Origin: Octopus vulgaris
Taxonomy: Eukaryota
DNA length: 64,000 bases
Assembly: GCA_951406725.2 (NCBI GenBank)
Contig: OX597820.1
Coordinates: forward strand, 99,200,001 to 99,264,000
Direction: 5' to 3'
This document shows, piece by piece, positions 1-10,811 of this stretch. The stretch's first letter is position 1. Every line of letters begins with the position of its first letter. Under the pieces are notes generated by a model. It did no database searches. It had not been told where the DNA came from and saw only the letters and a list, made by a program, of their open reading frames with translations. The translations under genes and the position numbers were made by a program.

Positions 1-2879
1 CTTCTATTCTGTGTTACTACTTTCTCTCTCTCAACACACACACACACATATATATATATATATGGGTGTTTTTCAGACTTATGGATTGTTACACGAATAT
101 ATATATATTTATGTGTGTATGCATTCCTAATTCTCTGTTCCACACACTTCTCTATGGTTTTCACTTTTGTTTGATGCCCTTTCATGTCTTCCTCATGTTA
201 GCTTCTCTGTTACCTATTTAGTTTTTCTTTTACTTTCTTTTCTGTACCATTGCACATACACACACGTACTCGAGAGGCGGGTATTCCTTCTGCTACACAT
301 GAAATCTTCTACGCTGTCGTTTCGACCCTCTTCGAAATAGTTGTCAATCAAAACCTTTCAAACCACCCTCTGATATCATAAAAAAAAGGGACACATTGAA
401 CTGTATAGTCTCTCATATTCAAAAAGAAGAGATGGTCACAACTGGAATGTCTATGATCATAGAACTGCTCAGTTGGGACTGACCTAGAGCCAAATAACGA
501 TATTTACACATCATGCCTTATGTTGATAGGTGAATATAGCCTGATTGATTTCTTCCGCTATTCTTTACTCCCTTACATCATCACTCATACAAATTTATAA
601 TAATAATGGGTTCATTATATATATGTTGTTCAACCCCAGATCAGCTTTAATTTATCAGACATATGGTTAAAGGCATTATTACCCATGATCGTCCTTTTAT
701 TTATTCATTTTGTATAGCTTAGCATTTGTCCTGCGTATCTGCTTTTTAAGAGCAATAGGTTATGATTTGAGGATTGACTGATATTTCTAGCTGGTCGAGC
801 GACCGCACAGTAGCACGATCTATCTAGCTATTTAAATAGAAGTGTTAAGTTTATCTTCGTTTGTTGATGTACATGTGGCTAATATTTTATCGTATATATA
901 CATATATACACACGACACGCATATGTATTAATGAATTAAAGGGGATTAAATATTTATACTTTGTGTTGGGTTTGTAGTATATAAGATATTTGGGTTTTAA
1001 AGTTACGCAAACCTCTCAATTTACTTGTAGATGTGTAAATGAAAAAGCAGCCTTTCTTTTTGATGTTTGCACGTTATTTATAAGAATAGGTCATGCAATA
1101 ATGTACAACATTCAGGCCCATTTTATCTCAGCTTTCTTTAGCAGCCACATAACCTTCATTTATGCAAAGCTAATGAGGGAAACTCCTGTGTGAGAGCACT
1201 CGATTTTTGCATCGAAGAGCAAGTAAGACCATACTAAAATCACAATCTCGCTTAGAGGACACATTGGGATATCTGAATAACCAAGAAGAGTCCCTTAATG
1301 GTTGATGGAAAAACTAAAATAAAATATAAAATTGAAAAAAAAAAAAGACGGGATGGTCTCAATTGGAATGATTTTGATAGATTTTGTTCGATTAGAAATA
1401 GCAGTCGGATTTTTCACGCCCTACCGTTAACCCCCCCCCCCCTCAAAAAAACAAAAACGGAAGGATATCTAAATTACGAAGTGTTCTGGAAAAGGATGGC
1501 CACGAATGAAGTGTCTTTGACGAAAGAAAGGTCTGCTCTGTGTCTTAACATCAACTTTCATATACAAACAGCTTGCCTATCAAACTCTTTTTTTCCATTC
1601 CTCTTTCTGTTTTGCATATGCAGACTAATTTCCAGGCTTCCACCTTATTTAATCTATCGGGAATTAAGTCGTTTCTTATGTAGGACCTAACCATTTTTAA
1701 AGGATAAATGTAGAGAGGAGCGAGTAATGGATGATTGCGACCTTTCATGCCTTTTCTTGAGGTATTATTAAACAACGGTGACGTGAAATGGTTCCAAGTG
1801 GAAGTCGAAAATCATGTGTATTGATTGTTTGGAGCATGACAACTGTGTGACTTCCTCTCGAAATAGAAGAGATGTTTAGGAAGTTGAAACATTCATGCCT
1901 GTGTGTGTGTCAAGGACGAAAACAGTGTGTAATGAAATAGAATAGTTACTACCAGAGAATCGAAACCGAATCTCGAGAACTAAAACACGTAGCTTTTTTT
2001 AGTCACAAGGTGACGCACACACCGTACAAAATAAATGTTAAGACAGGGAATGGTTTAAATTGCGATTGTGTGTTGTTGATGCCATGTTTGAAGACGTTAC
2101 ATCTTCAAGTTGGAATTTTTTAAAAGAAAAATGTAATTTTCTTCGTATATCGAATACAATTTCTGTTTTGTTAGGAACTTAATAGGAGTGTATTAATAGC
2201 GTACATGAATTTTCTAAGCAGTATTATTGAACTAAGTAGTTGGTTCCAAAACTATTTCCGATAAACATTTATATAGTAATAAAACTTACGTTACACGCCA
2301 AAACATTAATTAACATGATATGATTTAGTTTCAATTTATTTTGCTCCAATTTGGAGACAAGCCTGTCTATTTATTTTTTGACATTTGTAAGGAAAGACAA
2401 AAATTGGAATAAAAACTATATGTAAGAGAATCGTTTGCTTTAAAACGAATGTATAAATATCCTTTTATCTTCTCAGATATTTCTTTCATTCCATGTATTT
2501 TGTTATTAGTCCGTCTGTGTTATTAGTGTTATATGTGGCATCTGTTGTATATATGAGGTTAAAAAACACCTTGTTTGCTACCCCAGCGGAAATAGAAGTG
2601 TGTGCATCGATGTTCTTGCGGTTTTAGGCATTATGACGAAGGCCATTCTAGAGCACCGCAGTATAATATACAAAGGAGTGCCATCTGCATTAAGAACTTC
2701 TAGTTATGCAGGCTACCTTATATATATGGAAGCTGCACTTTACCGCACACAATATATCTTCAGATCTATGTAAGTCTTACTGGAGGCGTGTTTAAAAACA
2801 ATAAACAAAGCTAACACCAGATTAAAAAGCGAAGTTTTTGTAATATATATATGTATATATATATATATATATTATATAT

Positions 2880-3670
2880 AGACATATAGATATGAGGAAA
2901 AGAGAAAAGGGTTTCATGTGAAAGTGGGAGGGAGTTTTCATCAGAAATATATTAGAGAAGGTGAGGAGGTGATTTTGAGTGGTAGTGAGAGGATAAATCA
3001 ACGTGGAGGCGAAGTGTAAGAAGCATTGTATGTAGGTTGTTGAGAGAAGGAAGGACGGTGAAAGTATGAAAACATTAAGTCTGACAAGAACCTTTATGAC
3101 GAAGTGCAAGAGAGAAGAGAAAAAAAATATATAGATGGAAGGAGGGAAAGAGTTATGGAACGGAGGAATACGCACGATAAAAGTGGATGAAGCGAGAGGA
3201 GAACTGGATTACGAAATGGAGGGAAAGGAAGAGAGGTTGAGAATGTAAAAATAGAGAGAAGTGGAATGTTGGAGGTAGCGAGGAGTGAAAGGAAGAGAGT
3301 AAGTAACACCGTGGTGTGGAGGGGGGGGAGAGAGAGGAAGAAAGACTAAGAGATTAAACTGGTGAGTAGTGGAAAGAGAGAGAGATAAAAATTAAAGTTT
3401 GTGAAATGAAGAAGAAGCGAGAGGGGAAAGAGCGGACTATTGAACATGTGTTTGCAGGAAGAAGAAAAAAGATAGACAGAAGTGATAAGTAGGAAGAACA
3501 CATGGGAGGAGCAGGTGAAGGAAATCGGCTGGGAGGAGTGGGTAGAGCTTGTGCATGCTCAAGTTCTGTCTTTCTATCGAAGCTGGAGGAAAAAGGATGA
3601 ATGAAGTGATAAAGAGGGGGAAAAAGGGTGGTGGTGGTGAGAGAGGGGGGAAGGGGAGGATGTAAATAGC
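2880..3670 (+). repeat. purine-rich low-complexity tract
   Basis: Strong A/G strand bias. The overlapping minus-strand F/L/S-rich ORFs are compositional artefacts. Confidence 0.7.
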
Positions 3671-4059
3671 TGAACGTATGGAAAGCAAACAATTGACACG
3701 ATAATACGATCCTAATTTCATTTTGGCGAAGCACGAATGTTTTTTTTTTTGCTTTAAAATCGATTCCTTATATATTTATTATTACTGTTATTTATTTTAT
3801 CGATTTCCGGTTTCTACCTTCATCTCATTTGCCTTAATAATAAAAAAAAAAAGAAAAAAAAAGGGGGAACCTAAGCAGATCGAAGTGAAATCCGGCGGCT
3901 CTTGTTTTAAACTGTTTCTGATTAATAATACCTTACATCAAAACTCTGTCAGTCTGTGTGTGATTCCGTAGAACCACTCTGGTAGTGATGGTTAGTAATA
4001 ATACTAAAAGCAGTGGTTGCTTTTTTTTTGTTTTTTGTTTATGGAGCAAAGACGGAAGA

Positions 4060-4722
4060 AATCAAGGGCGGCGACGACGATGATGATGGCAGTGGAGGTG
4101 GTGGTGGTGGTGGTGGGGTTGACTGTTCAATTTTTCAATAGGACTTCCTTCGTCCGTTGCATGTTGGGTAAAGACATTAAAAAACCGGGGAAGGCGGCAG
4201 GTAGGGGGTGTCGATAGTGTTGATAATTCGTGAGAGAGAGAGAGAAAGAGAGGTGGTGGTGGTGGGTGACGTGGGGGGGAAGAGAAAGAAACGATGGCTG
4301 CAATCTGGTGTGAGGAGTGAAAGAAGAAAATAAAACGGATAAATGCCTCTATTCAGAACGACCGGTGCTGCAAGAAGAATCGCGGCGGCGATGGTGGTGA
4401 TAGTAGTAGTAGTAGTAGTAGTAGTAAGAATTGTCATGCCGGGCTGAGGGGCGGCTGCTGGGTAGTCGAGCTACACTGCGGCGGCGGCGGCGGCTGATCC
4501 TGCTACTTTTTTGAAATGTTTTTGTATGCAATGTTTAGCAAGCACAAGCTTCGTTGTCAGTTGTGGTTTGGTGGTGGTTGAGTTTTTGTCATGTATGGAT
4601 GTATGTATGTATGTAGAAACTGGGTCTTGCTTGGTATACAGATGATTGAATAAAATGATAAAAAGAAGAAAAATTAAAGAAAAAAACTTCCTCTGAGATA
4701 TCTTAGCTAAGCTGACCGCCTG
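4060..4722 (+). promoter_or_regulatory. CpG-rich, (GCG)n/(GGT)n-containing candidate promoter or non-coding first exon ending at a splice donor
   Basis: CpG-retaining segment with GCGGCGGCG runs, ending CTG|GTAAGA at 4722/4723. No coding homology. Confidence 0.35.
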
Positions 4723-4978
4723 GTAAGAGAGGCAGGAGATATATAGTTACATGTGGTCTTTACTCTAAAACAGGTTTAGAAGTAATTGTTGATCGAAAAT
4801 GTTGCTTCTATATTGATCAGATAATACAACCATCTAAATCAAGGGTGGAATATCTGTCTTATTAGCACTAAGGATGAATTACGAAGTACATGATAAATCC
4901 TCAGAAATGCATTCGTGTTGAGAGAAATAACGAATCTTTAATTTTTCAAATTCAAATATTAAACCAACTTGAAATTAC

Positions 4979-4998
4979 GGATCTTTTAGAAAAGATCC
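4979..4998. mobile_element. 20-bp collapsed relic of the same MITE family
   Basis: GGATCTTTTAGAAAAGATCC flanked by a perfect 8-bp direct repeat GAAATTAC (4971-4978 and 4999-5006). Confidence 0.75.
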
Positions 4999-5571
4999 GA
5001 AATTACTGTTTCGCTTTTAAGGTATGAAGCGGGCTTTTGGGGTTTTTTTTTGTAATGTTAAGGTGTCTTAGATTTCGCCTGTGAACGGTTTTAAATTTGG
5101 ATGCAGGCCAGAGGGTTGCTCGTCTCTGATCTAAACACACTAAGTTCAATATGTGTTAGAAAAAGGAAGAAACGAAAACTGGGAATGTTTATATTTCTCT
5201 GTCGACAGGTCTAGAACAAACAGTTGATAGTTTTGATTGGCGATCGTATATCTCCCAATGCCATCGAGACGTGCATAAACGTCATAATATTCTTCTATGT
5301 TTGTGTAAATTGAATAAATGTGGATCTCTTATGCAAATACAAACCTCATTTATGTTGTACACACAGTGGGTGTTTAGTGTTTCGAATGCGTAAGAGTTTT
5401 GTGTGTGTGTATATATATATATTGCATATGTATATATATATATATATTGCATATGTATATATATATTGCATATGTATATATATTGCACACATATATATAT
5501 TGCATATATATATTGCACATATATATATATATAGTGTGTATATATATGTATATATATATATATATTGTATA

Positions 5572-6814
5572 TGTCAGGTCATCCCATAAGCTCTATCCAA
5601 TTTTACCTTTTTTAAAATTGAATGAAATTTAATAGTATTTTAGAATGTCCAATGGAATTTGAAATTATTTTTATGCATTTGTGTGCATTTGAACTAATTA
5701 AATGTTATTTGACAGAATAATAAAATTAAAATTTCTTTGATTAAAACCCTTTCTAACATGGAAGTATCCAAAGAGCATTTAAGGCACATAATGCTTTATG
5801 AATACAAAAAAGGAAACTCTGCAGTCGAAGTAACTCGAAACATACACTCAGTTTATGGGAAAGAATGCTTGAATGAAATAACTTGGAGGAGATGGTTTTC
5901 AAAATTCAGAAGTGGACATTTCAGCCTTGAAGATGAAGATCGAACAGGACGTCCAGTTGAAGAAAATCCTGCATTATCAGTTGAAGAATTGGCAATAAAG
6001 CTTAATTCAAACCATACAACTGTTCATCGTCATTTTCAACAACTTGGAAAAGTTCCTAAACTTGGAAAATGGGTGCCTCATGAATTGTCCAAAAGCAACC
6101 GCAAATCCCCAGTTGACATCTGCTCTTGTCTTCATTCTCGCAAACTCATTTCACCCTTAATGAATAGACTTGTGACCGGTGATGAAAAATGAATCTTCTA
6201 TCGAAATGTTAAATGTCGTAAACAGTGGCTTGATAAAAGGGGAAAAACTCAAACCACAACCGAAAAGGGAACTTCATGGGAAAAAGGTTCTTCTCTCTAT
6301 CTGGTGGAATTGCAAAGGAGTAATGCACTTGGAATTGTTACCACCTAATGCAACAATTATTGCTCAAGTGTACTGTCAGCAATTACAGCATTTGAAGCAA
6401 GTTTGAAGGAAAAAAAGACCTGCTTTAGTGAATCAAAAAGGAGTGATGTGCAACCCCACACTGTAAAGATCAGATCACAGAAGATTGAAGAGCTTGGTTG
6501 GGAAAAATTCTTCATCCACCTTATTCTCCCGACCTTGCTCCTTCAGACTACCATTTGTTTCGTAGTTTACAGAATCATTTGGGGGACATAACTTTCGCAA
6601 GCTAGGAGGAGGTCAAAAACTGACATTTCAGGGTTCTTCGCTTTGAAACCAAAAGAGTTTTACGTTGATGGAATTAAAAGTTTGTAAATAGATGGAAGGA
6701 AGTCATAGATAATCAGGGAAAGTACATTGATGATTAAATTTCAATTAAATATAACATTTGATTACTTGTTTTCTTTATTCAAAATTCAGGCAGAACTTAT
6801 GGGATGACCTGATG
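5572..6814 (+). mobile_element. full-length decayed mariner DNA transposon
   Basis: TIRs TGTCAGGTCATCCCATAAG.TCT (5572-) and AGAACTTATGGGATGACCTGATG (-6814), flanked by TA. Total length ~1.24 kb. Confidence 0.93.
5758..6738 (+). pseudogene. mariner transposase pseudogene (D,D34D family, SETMAR/Mos1-like)
   Basis: HTH region MEVSKEHLRHIMLYEYKKG...RRWFSKFRSG, then WVPHEL, VTGDEK* (W to stop at 6190-6192), LSIWWN and HPPYSPDLAPSDYHLF (~6515-6562). Several frameshifts and stops. Confidence 0.93.
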
Positions 6815-6825
6815 TATGTATGTAC

Positions 6826-6874
<49 letters not shown>

Positions 6875-7109
6875 TAGATAGATATATAGATAAAACTTAC
6901 TTGGAAGAGGATATGTGGCATTCAGTCATATAATAATAATAATATATATCAATCATCATCATCGTTTAACATCCGCTTTCCATGCTAGCATAGGTTGAAC
7001 GATTTGACTGAGGCCTGGCGAACCAGATAGCTGCACCAGACTCCAATCTGATCTGGCAGAGTTTCTACAGCTGGATGCCCTTCCTAACGCCAACTACTCC
7101 GATATATAT

Positions 7110-7445
7110 ATAAGAGGTAATGGTGTCATTTAGACCCAAAGGTGTCAGGTAATGCTGAATAAGTGCTATAGACAGACCATAGTTAAGTTCCAGGTTTGGT
7201 GATTTTTGCGAATGAGGGGTTCAACATTGGTCATATGTCAGTGCGTGTATATAAGAATATTTTGGGTAATGAGATAAAAAACCAAGGCTGTGTAGATATT
7301 AGAACATTTATAGATAAAAGGTCTTACAGCTGTTTCCAGGATATTCATTAATTATATCCCTTCATCGGAGACGGTGTGAGAGGATGGTTAAGTAATAGTT
7401 AATTTAGATATACATGATTCCTCATCTCTTAAATATAGAACAGTA
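7110..7445 (-). mobile_element. Penelope-like pLTR fragment
   Basis: Non-SINE block bounded by (AT)n on both sides and carrying a minimal hammerhead motif, a known hallmark of Penelope-like elements. Confidence 0.5.
7321..7372 (-). ncRNA. minimal type I hammerhead-like motif (U4C core variant)
   Basis: Minus strand: gtct-CCGATGA-a-gggatat(aattaatga)atatcct-g-GAAA-cagctg-TA-agac, with a palindromic CAGCTG helix III/loop. Confidence 0.6.
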
Positions 7446-7719
7446 TATATACATATATATATATACACACACACACATTATTATATATATATATATATAT
7501 ATACATACACATTATTATATATATATATCATCATTATTATATATATATACAGTATATATACATATATATATATATATACACACATACATTATTATATATA
7601 TATATATATACACATTATTATATATATATCATCATCATTATTATATATCATTATTATATATATATATATATAAAATATATATATATATATATATATTATA
7701 ATATACATATATATTATCT

Positions 7720-8077
7720 TATTCTTTTACTTGTTTCAGTCATTTTGACCGTTCATGCTGGAGCACTGCCGTTAGTCGGGCAAATTGACCCCACGACTTA
7801 TTCCGTGTAAGCCTAGCACTTATTCTATCGGTCTCTTTTGCCAAACCACTAAGTTATGGGTATGTAAACACACCAGCATCAGTTGTCAAGCAATGTTGCA
7901 GGGGTGGGGGATCACAAACACACACACACACATGCATATATTCGACTGGCTTCTTTCAGTCAACCAAATCCACCCACAAGGCTTTGGTCAGCCCAAGGCT
8001 ATAGTAGAAGACACTTGCCCAAGGTTCCACACAGTGGGACTGAACCCGGAACCATGTGGTTGGTAAGCAAGCTACTT
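7720..8077 (-). mobile_element. tRNA-derived CORE-type SINE (family A), interrupted; the head resumes at 10374-10410
   Basis: Same sequence as the other family A copies, split by the TSD-bounded insertion. Confidence 0.85.
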
Positions 8078-10373
8078 TTATTCACATAGTTTGCCACAAG
8101 GGCAGTACTCAGAGTAGCTGCGGGCTGGACAAAGACATTAATGTGATGAGGATGATAATGACGAAAAGGAATAAAAATGGGAGGGGCACCGGCGCCCGCC
8201 GACTGATAACCCCTCGCAAACACTGTTCAATTTAAAATTCAATAATAAAAATTAAAACAAAAATTCATTTTTCATTAATCTTCCTTGTCTGGGCCCCCAA
8301 TTAAGTTTCCTGCCGCCTGCAGGAAAGCCTGCATTGGCAGGCCTGGACACAGGGACACAAAATCCTCATTATTGCAGGCCCTCCTGACCTCAATCAATTC
8401 TTTCTGGGTAACAACCTCCGCAGCCACCTGCGAGGCCAACATGGACCGTCTATACAGACCGAGTCATATCATCTCGGTCTAGAAGACTGTCCAAGTACAT
8501 CTCAACAGGCCCTCCCCTGAGGTAGAAAATGAAAAGTTCCACCTCTTTCTCATGAGGAGGGGCCTCAACCTGCTCTGTCAGTGGCACCATCTCCACTGAC
8601 TGAGCCTCTCGCTTCGGTGGCACATTTCCCACCAGAGGAGCTTCGGGTTTGGTCGGCGGCTCAGTGCCATCTGCTGACTGTCTCCCATTTCTCTTTTTCT
8701 CCTTTTTCTTTTTGCGGTTGTGGGAGTCGAGGCCTCCGTCGGCACACCTGGGAGGTTCTCCTCCTCTCCCACAACCTGCACTTCTCCTGGTGAGCAACCA
8801 CCGTTGCTCACCTTTCTCTTCCTTTTCTCCTTGCAATGGGAGAGTGGAGGGCACCTCCACCTTTCCCTGCTCCAGGACCTTACCATGGCCCCAGGGGCAG
8901 TCCTTCTTAATGTGGCCTGACTTCAGGCACGAGTGACACTTGTGGCGGGGGGCAACCCTCAAGTATCACTGGATACCTTGAGCCAGCCATTTTCAAAAAG
9001 TCAGGGAAAGTCATTTCACCCATGGCCTCTGGGGTCCATAGGATCAAAGTCGCCTTTGCACCCTCCCAGTTGACTGCAGGCTTTATCTCTACATTTAAGA
9101 GCCGAGGCCTGCTATCCCTCAGGCCCTGCCGGATAGCATCTGCAATCTACCTTGCTTCAGTGCCTGGGGGCAGACCACTTACCCAGGCCCTTATCACCTT
9201 CTTTCCACAATATGTGGGAAGAAACAAAATCTCCTCCCCTTCTAGTGGCTGGCCTGCCACAGTGCAAGCCTCCTCAGGGGTATCAGAAAGCAGCCACACC
9301 GTGGCGTATTTGACACCTCTGGTTACATAATAATTTTTGGCTGGCAAACATTTTGCCAGCTCTTTATCAATAATACCCTTGTCGAAGAGTACGATGGCGT
9401 CATGCGACCTAGAATAGGTCCGTAGTACCACTGTCCTTCTCTCGATGTCTCCAAGCCACTGCTTGGGTGGGACAATCTCCCACTCCCAAGCAGTGGTCTT
9501 ATTTTTTATCATTTTATCTGCCATGTCAATAACACAGTTCAAAAAAAGAAAAAAAGTCACTCAACCAAAAACAACAAAAAAATCTTTGAACACAATAAAA
9601 TAAAAACATAGTTCAACTAAAATTGGACGCCTGGCCCTCGTGCCGGTGGCACATAAAAAGCACCATCCGTTTGTGGCCGTTTGCCAGCTCTGTCTGGCAC
9701 CTGTGCGGGTGGCACGTAAAAAGCACCCACTACACTCTCGGAGTGGTTGGCGTTAGGAAGGGCATCCAGCCGTAGAAACACTGCCAGATTTGACTGGGCC
9801 TGATGAAGCCTTCTGGCTTCACAGACCCCAGTAGAACCGTCCAACCCATGCTAGCATGGAAAACGGACGCTAAACGATGATGAAAATACTAGTCCAGCTA
9901 AATTGTTCAGCAAAAGGAAAGATAAGACAGTAGTTCAGAAAACTAAATAAATATTATACAATTCTCCACGGCAGGAAATACAATTTTCGGGCTACACGGT
10001 ACTACCAGCCCACTTACAGCCTTCAAATCTCTTGGTAATCCTCCTGGTAAAGCACTTCCAACAGTTCCGGGTTCAAAACCACGCATAGCTTGCAGGCACC
10101 AATTTTTCAAAATAATTGCTGTGTAAAATTCACTTTGAATTTCTTTACTTGCTTGTTAGCAAGCACAACCACAACACTGCCAAGAGTAAGCAAAAATGCC
10201 CCCAGAGCTGGGCAGAATATATTGTAATAAAAATAAGACACACAATAATTCTACCCAGCTCAGAAAAAACAAAATCACTTACCCTGATGGTGACCCTTTG
10301 TTCAAAGAGGGAGCTATACAGCTACACATCTTACCTTGTTCAATTGAAGCAACCAAATACCAACAAATACTTA
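8078..10373 (-). mobile_element. non-autonomous ORF1-only (gag-like) non-LTR retroelement inserted into a SINE
   Basis: 15-bp TSD GTAAGCAAGCTACTT at 8063-8077 and 10374-10388 splits a SINE that resumes exactly afterwards. The 3' end is a stem-loop followed by AATAAA. No RT or endonuclease is visible. Confidence 0.8.
8275..9524 (-). pseudogene. LINE ORF1-like zinc-knuckle protein (L1/Tx1-like), disrupted
   Basis: Starts MADKMIKNK...; in-frame stop at 9147 plus frameshifts; CCHC knuckle CHSCLKSGHIKKDC (~8897-8938); basic RKKKKEKKR tract; ends ...GGPDKED* at 8275. Confidence 0.75.
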
Positions 10374-10563
10374 GTAAGCAAGCTACTTACCACACAGCCA
10401 CTCTTGTGCCTATATTTATATATTATATATATTATTATACATATATTATAGATATATTTATATAATATAATTATATATATTTACATATATTTATATCATC
10501 ATCATCATCATCATATATATTTATTTATATAATGTAATTATAGATATATTTATCTAATATAAT

Positions 10564-10598
<35 letters not shown>

Positions 10599-10811
10599 GA
10601 TATATTTATATATATTATATATAATGTATATATTTATATATTATATGCATTATATATATATGTATATATATTTATATTGTATTTATGTATTATAAACATA
10701 TATATATATATATATATATATATGGATTATAAATATATGTATTATATATATATATTATATATGTGTATATATATATAATTATATACTGTACTTTATATAT
10801 ATATATATATT

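Noticed and set aside
2822-3734. Hydrophobic F/L/S-rich ORFs (also 19448-20454, 35892-36468) and YI/HT/CV-repeat ORFs
   Set aside because: These are translations of purine/pyrimidine-biased tracts and microsatellites.
8190-8225. Possible vestige of an ORF2 endonuclease start (VFARG resembling NVRG) in the ORF1-only element
   Set aside because: The similarity is too short to support.
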